NCBI GenBank assembly: GCA_951406725.2
Contig: OX597832.1
Coordinates: forward strand, 63,674,001-63,738,000
Direction of reading: 5' to 3'
Source of the DNA: Octopus vulgaris
Lineage: Eukaryota
DNA length: 64,000 nt
A program made the position numbers and the translations under genes. The notes under the pieces are model-generated. The model saw nothing but the letters and a program-made list of their open reading frames with translations. It ran no database searches and was not told the DNA's origin. Positions 12,167 to 24,610 of the stretch are shown one piece after another. Every line of letters begins with the position of its first letter. Position 1 is the stretch's first letter.

Positions 12167-13040
12167 CAGGGTGTGATGGGTAAATTGTTGCCATTTTATA
12201 TATTTAATTTCATGCATGCACATTGTTTTTGGTTTTGTCAACTACACAGTATAGTAGGGTCAGTTGGGCACCATCTGTGAGAAAAACAGCGCCATGACAC
12301 AGTTCACTCTGCCAAAAATTTGGAAATGACATGCTGTATTGTTTGGCATTCATGCTGGAAATTCCAATATGAACATTTCAGAGTGTTTGGGCATCAATCT
12401 GAGGAGAGTGCAGAGGATTCAGAAAGAGTTAGATGAGTCTGATGGTGATTACAAAGGTATTGCATCTCAGAAAACTCACTCTGATTGTTCTGATAAGAAA
12501 AGAACTGGATTTGTTGGTGAGATCCAGGCCATGATTGACAATGATCCCTCCAAGTCAATCAGGTCCATCGCCAGGGACATGAGAGTGTCTGAGTTTCTTA
12601 TAAGGCAGCTAGTGCATGAAGACATTCAGTATTCCTCATACAAGATGTTAGAGGGTCATTTTTCATCCCAAGCCATCAAAGACAAGAGGAAAGACAATGC
12701 TATGAAGCTTTTGAACGAACTTAAGTATCCCCTCCAACTGAATATGATTTGGTTTTTCTCAGATGAGAGAAATTTCTGCCAGGATCAGATGGTGAACACA
12801 TAGAACAACTGTTGGCTTGCCATGTTCCCAAAACATGTACCAAGAATGATAAAAATCAAACATCCAGTCAACATCATAGTGTTTGGAGTGATCACTAGTG
12901 ATAGTGATGTTATGCCTCCATTCATCTTCTCACATGGCCTCAGACACAACACGGAGGCCTGGAGGTGGTAGTGCTGCTCTGGATCAAGAGGGTGACTGCT
13001 GGAAGACCCTATGTCTGACAACAGGACTCTGCACTATTGC
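12167..13040 (+). mobile_element. Tc1/mariner (maT/DD37D-like) transposon fossil, 3'-truncated
   Basis: TA|CAGGGTGTGATGGG terminus; HTH region (PSKSIRSIARDMRVSE), WFFSDERNF, VFGVITSD..VMPPFIF and YV*QQDSA, with stops and deletions. Confidence 0.88.
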
Positions 13041-13132
13041 CGGGTCATAGTGCTAGTACATATATACACATATATTCAAAGAAATTCAAATTTTATATAT
13101 ATATACATATATATGTATGCATATATATATAT

Positions 13133-13185
13133 GAGCTTCCTGATGATTTCTTTTGAATGAAACAGTTCTAGTCCTGTAGAAGCTC
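13133..13185 (+). ncRNA. Type-I hammerhead ribozyme motif in a 138-bp PLE-like insert within (TA)n
   Basis: gagcttc-CTGATGA-t-ttc(tttt)gaa-t-GAA-ACAG(ttctagtc)CTGT-A^-gaagctc. Perfect 7-bp stem I, 4-bp stem III, GUA triplet, AATAAA ~10 nt downstream. First stem II position is a U-U mismatch. Confidence 0.8.
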
Positions 13186-13266
13186 CTTCTATATAATAAA
13201 TTAATTTACTCTGCTATGTATTGAGTACCTTATTTACTGTGGTTAACCCCGACTCAACCCGGGACC

Positions 13267-13331
<65 letters not shown>

Positions 13332-13608
13332 ATATGTGTGTATGTGTGTGTGTGTGTGTGCTATTTACAACATTTCTAAAATTAGCTCAACAATTACTGC
13401 TTTGGCCAGGGTCAAAATACAACAAACTGTGATGCCTAAACCAAACACCAATCAATTTAAGTAATTTAGTAAAGCCACACACTGATTGGTCAGAATACAG
13501 TTTCCAAAATTTAACATTCTAGAGCCTATACAAATGTATTTAAGGCACACAGTTTAGTCATCTCACTGTAATTGTAAATTGTAAAACATAACTGTCAGCA
13601 CTGCTACA

Positions 13609-13653
13609 TGAACCTGAAGATTGCATAGCTTAATGCATGAAAGTACTAGTTCA
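13609..13653 (+). ncRNA. Minimal type-I hammerhead motif with palindromic tetraloop stem III
   Basis: tgaac-CTGAAGA-t-tgcat(agctta)atgca-t-GAAA-GTAC-TA^-gttca. Preceded by a CCAAT-like element (gattggtc, 13484) and a TATA-like element (tatttaag, 13537), as in PLE pLTRs. Confidence 0.75.
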
Positions 13654-13730
13654 ATCAGATTGGACATTCAATATTCTATCATTTCATTATATTATATTTT
13701 TATAGAGGAGGAGGAGGAGGAGGAAGAGGA

Positions 13731-14062
13731 AACCCCCTTTAGTCATGAATGACCATGGGATTGCACCTAGAAAGTCCCCCCTCCCCGTTCCGGGCAAGGT
13801 TGTTTATAGAAGACCTGCAGTTGCCTATGCATACCAGCCTCCACTCTACATGCCACCAGTGTTATCCAAGGGAAGGGCAAAGGGGCCGATACAGCCTGGC
13901 ACCAGTGACGTCGCAACTCATTTCTACAGCTGAGTTAACTGGAGCAATGTGAAATAAAGTGTCTTGCTCAAGAACACAACACACAGCTCGGTCCGGGAAT
14001 CAAACTCACAACCTCACGATCGTAAGCTCGACGCTCTAACGACTGAGCGATGTGCCTTCACT
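13731..14062 (-). mobile_element. tRNA-derived SINE, family C, with (TCC)n tail
   Basis: Minus-strand head gctcagtcgttagagcg...gagtttgattccc (A/B boxes), then tgtgttcttgagcaagacactt core. Related heads at 9489 (+) and 46090 (-). Confidence 0.8.
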
Positions 14063-14159
14063 ATATTATAAGATTATAAATAAATGTGAAAATCAGACAA
14101 GGTTGGAATTTCTCTGAGTAATATATTCTTCTATACACAAACATACATACCCATGTGTA

Positions 14160-14195
<36 letters not shown>

Positions 14196-14565
14196 GTGAG
14201 AATTCACAAAAAAGCAAAAGATGAACATGGGTGTGCAAACAACAAACAGATGTGTTAGTTTAATGCTCTTTCAGGGTATTTACACTGTCGTGTGTGCACA
14301 GTAAAGGAATTATGTCATGTTACACATCCAGTGGATCATACTAGCTTCATTCGCTGCTTTCTTTCAAGGAATCTTGTGCTCTTAGCTTAGTTTTTCCTTG
14401 GGGCTGGCCAGATTGGAGCAATCTTGAGTATAACCAGCCGAAATTGCAAAGATAATCTGGAACTCGACTGAAGAAAGAAAACTTCGAATGACCGGCCCTC
14501 TTTTGTATCACCTAACTGTGTGGATGTTTTGCGTTTTTGTCCCATTTTTGTATTTTTTATATATA

Positions 14566-14604
<39 letters not shown>

Positions 14605-14903
14605 GCATATATATATATGTGGTTATATATGAGGGAGAGATAAACAGGAATAAACAACAACAAAAAATCATATCATTGTTTGTTACTTTTCTTTTTCTAT
14701 GATTTTTACATTTTTTAAATTTGTTAAACTTTATTGGAAGGAAAAAATAACAACAATGATAACAAGAACAGAACAAAGAAGAAAGAAAGACAGATAGAAA
14801 GAAAGAAAGAAAGAAAGTGCTCCAAAAAATAAAAAGGAAAAAAAAAACAACAGTCTTGATTTATATAGAGATTTCAACAATGTGTATTGCGAACCATTTG
14901 TAA

Positions 14904-14965
<62 letters not shown>

Positions 14966-15005
14966 CAACAACAACAACAATAATAACAATAACAACAACA
15001 ACAAC

Positions 15006-15056
<51 letters not shown>

Positions 15057-17000
15057 CAGCCTGGTGTTTAAAAAAGAATGATGGTGAATTGCAAAGGAAG
15101 CTGGTCTGAGGTGATGCCAGGCTGAAAAATTTACCAATTTTTTTTAAGGATCAACAGAACTCTAAGAAACACTGCAGATAATAGTTGGAATTAAAAGTTT
15201 GGTAAAAATTTGTCAAACATCAACATAAATGACGACAACAACAACATCACCATCATCATTGCGTTCATCGCAAAGCAGTGAGATAACTTTTAACACAGTT
15301 GCTCATTTTATTTAATTTAAGCCACTAAATTTTGCAGACCTTCTTCAATTCAATTAACAAACTCCTTTACTATCTTTTAATTGGATGTTTGCATAAATTA
15401 ATGAAGGAGATTTCATGTAGATGTATAGCCGATTCCATTTAGTAGCTGTAACTCCCTCAACCCTCTACTGTTTTTCAAAAATTGTTTTTGTTTTATAAAG
15501 GATCTCTACATAGAACAATGAGGCAGCTTTTATGAAGACAAACCTGTTGTAAGTCTTTTAACATCACCGTTCTTTTGTTTTCCAAGCAGAACTGTATAAG
15601 AGAGAGATTTTCTATCAACAGTTTGTCCTCCTCAATGTAGCTGTGATATATTTGCGAACGAAACTCCCAACTAATCTGAGAACAGCAACTGCCTGACACA
15701 GTAAAGGAGTCATGTAAATTGGATACCATATTTTCCAGCATAAGTTGAATTTTTCAAACCACAATTTACAGCCAAAACAAACTCTAGAAGACCAAAAATT
15801 CTATGTGAAATACAGCAAAATTTGGAAAGATAGCGAAAATGTTTGAAAGTGTACACTACATATTAAGTTGATTTGTGTCCTGGAAAATATGGTATATTCA
15901 AAAATATATTTATCAAAATTTTCTTCAACAAGTTCCCAAATGTCTTTAAAAAGAAAAACCAAACCCATGAAGATTTAGTAGAACTATTTAACTTGCTCAG
16001 GTTTGGCAGTCATCTTGCTTCTTTTCTTTTTCTCTCTCTCTTATTTATTGTTCTCTTTCTCCTCAATAAATTACTTTACTGTTTTTAAAATGAGAAACAC
16101 ATAAGCAAGTCAAGAAGATTTTATTTAATCTCCTTGATCTGCTCAAAAATATTCTACAAGAAATTCTTTAATATCTCAAAAAGGAAAAAAAAAAGAAAAA
16201 AAGTAAAAAAAGGAGTCCTCATTCACAAAATAGCCAGTACTTTCACAACAAGCTCCATTGCCACTAAACTTGGTAGCACAAGTCTTAAGACTGAATTCTT
16301 TGGACAGTAAAAACTAGATGGTTATAAGAAGAACCATAATAAACATGCTTTAAAAAAATGCAAGAAAAAAAAGCATAAAAACAACGAGGGTGCTTCCATG
16401 TAGCCAATAAAGCAAGCAGTCAAATATCCATTCCATTACCGATCCATTGATAAACGGGGATCAGATAAGCCTAAGCCAGTGAGTGAGCTTCTATGCCAGT
16501 CACTCTATCTGCTTAATGTAGCAACAGCTAAATCTCCTATCAATATATTCTCTCTTGCGTCTTAAATTGGGGTTAACAAATTCTGAGACCCAAATTCTTT
16601 CAGACACTATACACGCAACAAATGACGGCTGTTCTTGCATTGGAAAGCTGCAAGATTTTCCCTTTTATTTGCCTGAGGGCAAAATAAAGTTTTTCACTTG
16701 TCATTGTTATTATTATTATTATTAGTATTAGTATTATTATTATTGTTATCATTAGTAGTAATAATAGTAGCAGCAGTAATTTTAGTTATAATAATAGATT
16801 TGACAACATTAGGAATAAAAGAAGACAAAAATAGATCTGATGATGTCTATGAATAGTTCCAGCAATGATTCAGGGCTTTGGCAAGATATTGCATAAGATT
16901 GGTGGATGGGTATATATATATATATATGTGTGTGTATATATATATATATTTTTTATTTATTTATGTACTTTTTTTAATATATCTTTTAAACCTGTGGTTT

Positions 17001-17014
17001 GTTTCCATGACAAC
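17001..17014. promoter_or_regulatory. RFX X-box-like site GTTTCCATGACAAC
   Basis: Fits the 14-bp consensus RTHNYYWTRRNRAC; single site with no demonstrated TSS. Confidence 0.3.
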
Positions 17015-17182
17015 TCTGCTGTGCACTGTTTCTGTTTTGCTTTCCATGAAAAACAAGAGACTGTGAAACTCAGAGATGCAACAGAGGCAAACTTCAGCAT
17101 TGAATAAATGAATAAACTCTACTATATATACACTGAGTATTTGTTCTTTGCCTGGTTTGCAAATTTAATTGTATACATACAG

Positions 17183-17218
<36 letters not shown>

Positions 17219-18285
17219 GATATGTATACCATATATTTAAATATATACATTTATTTATATATATCTATATTTAAATATATATTCATTTAAAATATACATA
17301 TATATATACTTAACTTTCTATATATTCAATATATATATATAGTATTTATACTCTTTTAACCTGATTCATTTACATAAATATATACATTAATTTTTTTAAA
17401 TTTATACACATGTATTTTATATGTTTTATATATATTAATTTAAATTTATATATATTTAGATAAATTTATATTCATAATCTTTCCTCTTCCTCCTCCTCCT
17501 CTTTATTGTCATTGCTGTCATCTTATTGTGCATTTCCCTGTACTAAATACTCCGTCTGTCTTGGGAACCACTCCCTTTGTCCCTCTCTTACTCACAACCA
17601 CTATTCTTCAAATATCCAAACATATTAATCGACCACTCTGTTTGTGCGTGCATGCATGCGTGCGTGCGTGCGTGTGTGTGTGTGTGGTGTAGAATATGTC
17701 TTGGGAGAAGAAATCTATGTTAGATGTCGGGTGGAGTTGTCATATATTAAATTTATTTCATAATGACACTGTATTTCAGGGTTGCCAATGAGTTGATACA
17801 CATTTAATCTGGTTTGAACCCATGACAGCAGAAAAAGAACTCACAGTTGCTATTGTTCTATTCCGTTCTCTCTCACTTTCGTGCTTCTCACATTGTTAAA
17901 ATAAATACCAGTTATGAATTGGTGTCAATAGATTCATCTATACTAAATTAGAAGCCTTTTACATAAAAAAATAACCTCATTATTATTATTATAATTAGGT
18001 GAATGTTGCAAGAATGGTTGAAGGGAACAGGTTTACTCTAATCATGCGCCTGTAAGTTGAAGAAGAACAATGTGAAGCAGGATCTTGCCCTAGTAATCAG
18101 GGCAACCATGGTTTTTGTTGGGTCTCCATAAGCAACCCTACAAGTTTCCCTCTTTTGGGGAGTTATTCATTGTTATAATTTTATATTGTTGCTGTATTAT
18201 TTTTTACATGCCTTTTATAATAACCCCACATTGTATTGTCCTACCTCCAATGTTTTTTTTGATTCTTAGGGGTTAATGAAGAAAC

Positions 18286-18345
<60 letters not shown>

Positions 18346-18509
18346 CATTATTATTATTATTATTATTTCCATTTCACTTGCTCTGGTTAATTCTGTAAGA
18401 GTGGACAACAACCTGTTGTCAAGAGTCTCACATTGTCTTTTTCTGAGAAATTTAGCATCCAACTACCATGTTGTTATTATTATTATCATAATTATAATTA
18501 TTATTATCA

Positions 18510-19070
18510 TTGAGTGAGAGAGCAGTGCATGCCATCAAAGTGACACTGGGGTACAAATATATGAAGCCCAAAATACCTGTCATGAATGCTTGTCTGATAA
18601 GGGTACACCAGGCATATGCATCATAACCATATGTGCATGAGAAGGTGATCTTATATCAAGATAAACAGCACATGACCTTGCAGGTGGGGCCCAGTGACAA
18701 TTTTCTTTAGGATGAGTAACCCATCCCACTCAAATGGTCCCTGAATAAGGTTTCTTTAAGGATGTTGAATGAAACACCCATGTTTCCAGAGGCGAATTAT
18801 TCAAACCCCAAAGAATTCCTTTCAACTCATGACTATAATGTTCCCCACTACTTCTGCTCATGATCAGAGATGCACATATCGTCAGCCACTAAGGGACATG
18901 CTCAACTGGTTAAAGTCAAACAACTGACAAGCAAATCTGTGGTATTGAGCAGAATATTTGCTGTAGCCCATCTTTTATACCAAGACAAAACAATGTACAT
19001 GATAACACTTCTAATCAGTTAAGATCAGAAGCCATGAGAGCCATTGCCTGGTACTGCATCAGGGCATTTA
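18510..19070. mobile_element. Unclassified interspersed repeat embedded in (TTA/TTG)n
   Basis: 560-bp complex, higher-GC block sharply bounded by trinucleotide microsatellites; no ORF. Confidence 0.45.
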
Positions 19071-20382
19071 TTGTTGTTGTTGTTGTATGCATAAATTTTA
19101 TTGCTATGTTTTTGTTGTAAGCTATAACTAAGACCAATAGATGTCAGGTTACCAAAATAATTGTCAACTAGGGAATTTAGTCTTTTAGGGACAATTCCAT
19201 TTGATACCTTTCAAAATATTGAAATCATATATATGCAAAAAGTGTTGAATTTTGGAGAAAAGAATGAGATCACACCCAGTACTCCCAGTACTTTGTTTGA
19301 TCAAATCCAGATGGATCAAAGCAAAAGTGAATTCAGCAGGAACCTAGAACATAAAGGGCCTGAACAAATACCACAAGGTATGTTGTCTGATGTTCTAATG
19401 AACATCATCTACATCAATAATAATGATAATAATAGAGCTATGAAAGAGACTATCCAGTTTCACAGCTTGCTAGAAATAGCAACCAAAATTTCCTTCAGAT
19501 CATGCCCTACTATTTTAATGAAAGGAATTGTACATTATGTAACATTGTCCGAGATTGATTAAGACAGAGTGGATGGTCTGGTCGGTATGCTTTGCTACAC
19601 CCATGAGTCTGTTTGATTCACAGTCGACCTAGGGCTAAACAGCAATAGCAAAATGAGTTTAAGGAGGTTCTTCTAAGTAGTCAAACTTGTTGCAGCTATA
19701 TTTCCTTCAGCAATATCCCCTAAACCCTTTAAAATAAGTCCCTTCACCTACTCTAAATCTGCAATTGGGTCTCTGCTCAACAAACTCTCTCTTTCTATGT
19801 ATTCGTATTGAGATCACATGAGCCAGTTAGGGAGATATTTACGTATTCACTTGATCTGCTCTATCAAACAGCCAAATATCCCTTTAAAATTTCCCTAATG
19901 TCTTTGAAATAAGGGTGCTACATGAAATAATGGTGCCACATGAGCCAGTGTGGGAACTTTTATATAGTTCCTTGACCGGCTCCAAATTGCAATTAAGTCT
20001 CCCTTCAACTAACTCCCTTTTATCCTTAAAAGGATTACATGACCTAGTAATCGGTCTTTGATTTGTTCAAATTAACAGCCAGATCTCTGCACCTACCTCA
20101 ACAGACTACCCTAGTGATTTTAGAATGGATGGGATACATAAGCCAGTGAAAGGACTTTCAAGTAATCACTTGAATGGTTCAATGTAACAGCCGTATTAAT
20201 TCAGCAAAAATCTCAACAATATTTAATGCAGGGGCTAAATGCTTGGATCCAAATACAAGCTTTAAATCTTTGATCAAAATTCAAGCCTAAGATTTTAGGG
20301 TAAAAACAGCACCACTAAAAGTTAAAATAGAAACATACCAGAAATGATGTGATTATGATTTTAAAATGTGAACTGTTAATTC

Positions 20383-20893
20383 TGAGCTGTAAGTTCACTG
20401 AAGCATAACTGACATGCAGAGCTGTAAGTTCACTTGAGCATAAATGATATGCAGAGCTATAAGCTTGCTCAAACATAGCTGGCATGCAGACCAGTAAGTT
20501 CACCCAAGAATAGCAACATGCAGAGTTATAAGTTTACTCAAGCATGAATGATATGCAGATCTGTAAGCTTGCTCAAGCATAGCTGACATGCAGACCTATA
20601 AGTTCAACCAAGCATAGCTGATATGCTGAACTGTAAGGTCACCTAAGCATAGCAACATGCAGAGCTCTGAATTCATTCAAGCATAGCTGATATGTAGAGC
20701 TATATATTCACTCAAGCACAGCTGATATGCAGAGCTGAAAGTTCACTCAAGCATAGCCAGAATTTAGAGCAGAAGATTCACTCAAACAGTGCTCTTGGTA
20801 CAGCCATGATTTCAATGAAGCATAGCCTAAATGTAAAGTTACATGGTGAGCTCAAAGCTGTAAGTTCACTCAAGCGGTGCTGGCATGCAGCTG
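20383..20893. repeat. 35-bp minisatellite, ~14 degenerate units (agagctgtaagttcactcaagcatagctgacatgc)
   Basis: Units start at 20418, 20453, 20488 and so on; head-to-tail with no spacers. Confidence 0.9.
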
Positions 20894-21374
20894 CACAACA
20901 TGTACAAGAACAAGAACAACAATATAGTAAGAATGGTACAAGAGAGAAAAAAACAAAACAAAACTGAAAAAGTATTATTTCTTTGGAATACATTTTTAGA
21001 TTTAAAACATTCTTGAAATATAAAACATGTTAGCATAAGAATAATAAGAATAAGAAGAAACACAAAGGAAAACCAACAAATTCCAATAAAGATTCTTTTG
21101 TTTTTTGATGATATCTTTTTTCTATTAGAAATCTTAAATTCCTGAAATTCATAATGTAAATTCGATGTAAATATTTAGTAAAATGGTAAATACATCATGA
21201 AATGAAATTGAAAAAAGAAAATAAAAATAAAATAAAATAAAGGAAAAATATCACATGTACACACACACACGCACACACACATATGTATGTATATATATAC
21301 ACAAATATTATTTATATATGTATGTACACACACACATATATGAATATATATATATATATATCTATATATTTATA

Positions 21375-21408
<34 letters not shown>

Positions 21409-22129
21409 TACACACACACACACATATGGCTGAATATATGTATGTCTATATATATGTGTATGTATGAGTATATATATATATATATATATATGCTTATATG
21501 TATATTTTATGAAATAAATCATTTTCAATGCTGGAACTCAAAGTGGATAAAGCTATAAATAAGAGCATGAAGAAAATTAGGCTAAAAGATCCCTTAACAA
21601 CTTTTGACTTTTTCTATCCAAGGATTTTTTAAAACCTAATAGTCTATTATTTATAGCTGTATCTACTTCAAGTTCCACTATTAAATATCGATTATATATA
21701 TATATAATCCCATATATTAAGGTTGTGTTTTAGGGGACACGGTTTCTAAGTATGATTTAATTCATTTTGCTGTCCATATGTGACTTTAGATTCTTTTAGT
21801 AAGTTTTAGCCATTTGCAGTTAAGACCAAGTGGGAACTCTGCCGTTAGTTGAATATTTTCTGAGCAGAACTGCCTGCCATATTCCACCTTGGTTAAGTCA
21901 GTTATAGAATATCTACAACATGTAATTTTGTTTAGAGAGCTACAAAAGATACCTGTTCTCTATTGCATGGCTGTCCCCATCAATTACCTTTCATGACCAA
22001 TCCTTTCCCTTCTGTTGATGGTTATTTGTGAAAAACTGTGGGCTGTGTACGGTGTAGTGCCAATGAAAAAGTCTTTTAAAATGGGTGAAAATTGGAATAA
22101 AGAATGTCATCTGTCACAGGGACTTCCTC

Positions 22130-22500
22130 CATAGGGTCCTACCAGACACAGAAATTTTTACATTTTTTGGTTGGATTCCCAAGCATGACCAACTGAGATT
22201 TTGGATGTTATCCAACCATCTTGTTCTTGATCTATTCCTAGATCTGCCCGTTGGCTTGGCTTGAAGAATGTGTCTTTTCATTCTTTCCTACGACATTCTA
22301 ATGCATGCCCTTAGGAATGGAACTCCTAGTGCTGACCTCTCAATGCAAAAACATAGCAGCTCCACCTGAAGAAATTCCCTGATCTCTGATCTATGCACCC
22401 TGTTGAATAGCATTATTCTAGAGATCCTTCAGAGAAACCCCACTTCAGCCCCTTGTATTCACGATTGTCTTTTGATCATTACCCAACATTCATGATCAGC
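22130..22500 (-). mobile_element. RTE-clade LINE 3' remnant
   Basis: HECWVMIK...IQGAEVGFL*RISR..LFNRVHRSEIREFLQVELL...IERS matches the RTE post-RT region (IQAAEMGFLRRI...DRVRSSEIRE.L.VEPL). Confidence 0.75.
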
Positions 22501-23395
22501 ACAACCTCCTAGATATATATTTAGAGATAAAAAAATTAAGAAAAAAATGAAGGAAAAAGGCCAATGAGAGGGTCCTTTTAGACAGGTGAAAGTTAGATTC
22601 AAGACTGTTATCTGTCAGAGGTAAAAAGTACCAGGATAGCAAATATATATATATAATGCCTAGATTCAAAAAATATTTAGAAGTACAAAAATATAAAAGA
22701 AAAGGAAACAAAGTCTTGATTGTGCTATTGAGTCATTATTCAAGATGGGTGAGTTGAGTTGAGCTTATTGAGTTGAGGGAGTCACTCAAGATGAGTTATT
22801 TCAGCTAAACTGTTTAACCCTTTAGCATTTAAATTGGCCAGATCTGACCAAAATATTCTACTTGTTTAATGTTCAAAATGGTCAGATCCAGCCTCTCGCA
22901 CCTACCCTACAATGTCATTCTAAAAATATACAATCACATCATCGAAATCTCAAAGCTACAAGAAAATGCATGATTTATTATCTAAAAGAGAAAAGTTTGT
23001 ATTAGCAAATCTAATCTGTTCACCCATAGAAGGATATCTTTGACCATAAACAACTAATACTTATTATATAGTGTAATATTTGATATTGATATTAAAAGGA
23101 TAGAATTGTAAGTGTTATATAGAATACCTTGTGGTGTTCCATATGTTCTGAGTTTTTAAAATCCTGTTGAGGTAGATTTTTGTCTTTCATCCTTCCCACC
23201 AGCATCAATGAAATGAAATATCAACCAAGTATCAGAGATGATATAATCAGCTGATTTCCTCCCCCACCATCAAATTTCTGACTTTTAGCTCATACTCAGA
23301 AATAAGAATCCTCATCATCATCATCCTTATCATCATCATTATTATTATTATGAGTTTTTCTTCTTTCAATTTCACTTCTTGCCATGTGTCTTCCA

Positions 23396-23432
<37 letters not shown>

Positions 23433-24171
23433 TATTATTGAAGGCAGTAAGCTGGCAGAATCATTAGCACACTGGGTAAAATGCTTAGCAGCATTTCATC
23501 TGTTTGAGTTCAAATTCTGCCAAGATTGACCTTTCAAGGTCAATAAATTAAGTACCAGTGATACACTGGGGACGATGTAATCGACTAATCCTCTCCTCCA
23601 AAATGGCTGTCCTTGTGGCTAAATTCGAACCCATTATTATTATTATTATTATGATGTGGTATTTATATATGAGGGGAGGAGGTGTAAGCACTTCAGAACT
23701 CTTTGCATCCTGAGTTCAAATTCTGCCAGCTATACCTTTCATCCTCGTGACCCGTGAGAATGTATGCCACAAGGAAGAACACTTGAATTTACTGTTGCTT
23801 CCCTCCCCCCACCAGCCCCCAAACCTGTACAGGCTTACACAGCAGACTCAAATGTGGTGTTGTCCCCATAAAAATGTCACCGGGGCTGGACTGCCACCCT
23901 TGTAGATTGGAGGCAAAGCAAATCGTGGAGAAGGGTGTTTCAGGGGTGTGGCAGGTTTGTGGAATGGTGGCACTGTCAGTGCATTAGAAAAGATTGCAGT
24001 AGCTCTTTGTATTCTGAATTCAAATCTGATTCCTATCACTGGCTACCCTCATGGAAGGGGCACGGACAGATCTTTTGAGATTGGCCAATAATGGCAGGTC
24101 TCCAATGTCAGACAGAACAATATTGTTTGGCACAATATTTTGACATATTGTTATTATTATTATTATTATTT

Positions 24172-24610
24172 TATGTTTGACTATTGCTTTATCTTTGTAC
24201 AAGTTGGCTCCAAGTCTCACCCAGAGACCTCAAGAGACAACAAGTTAGAAGTTCATGTTGGTGTTATGCCTAGGGTGCCATATATTTGGTTTTGCACATA
24301 GTATTGTTCTAGAGAATGTTTAAGAAACCATAAGAAAATTGTGTTTGTTTTAAAATTTCAGATTACATAGAAAGTATTTTGCATAGGATATGAGCAGTTC
24401 TATGAGCACTATTTTTTGAATTTCTGCCATTTTGGGGTTTCCTGGTATCTGAGATAGGAAGCAATCAGCCCCTTTTGCTATCATTTCTAGGGCACCTATG
24501 ACAACAGGCATTGTTTTAGTCTTCAGGTTCCACATTTTGCTAATTTCTATTTCAAGATCTTTATACTTGCTCAGTTTTTGGTAAGTCTTGACAGATACGT
24601 TTATATCGAT
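24172..24610 (-). mobile_element. 5'-truncated R4/Dong-clade retrotransposon inserted in (TAA)n
   Basis: KLSKYKDLEIEISKMWNLKTKTMPVVIGALE...EIQKIVL is the C-terminus of the restriction-like endonuclease. (TAA)n on both sides matches Dong target preference. Confidence 0.85.

Noticed and set aside
14468-14500. CTGAAGA-aag-aaaa-ctt-cGAAT as a hammerhead (also CTGANGA at 5564, 16838, 5116-, 18879-, 55472-)
   Set aside because: Missing GAAA, stem III or stem I complement; at best unrecognisable relics.
15056-15125. Hairpin with ATGATG...CTGA as C/D snoRNA or SECIS
   Set aside because: C-D spacing is too short for a snoRNA and the putative SECIS helix II pairs poorly.
15501-15548. Plus-strand micro-exon (ag|...|gtaagt)
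   Set aside because: Stops in all three frames and no partner exons found; the overlapping minus ORF 15493-15741 has no recognisable features.
20383-20893. CRISPR-like reading of the 35-bp array (also the 19-, 20- and 85-bp arrays)
   Set aside because: No unique spacers, no cas genes, eukaryotic context.
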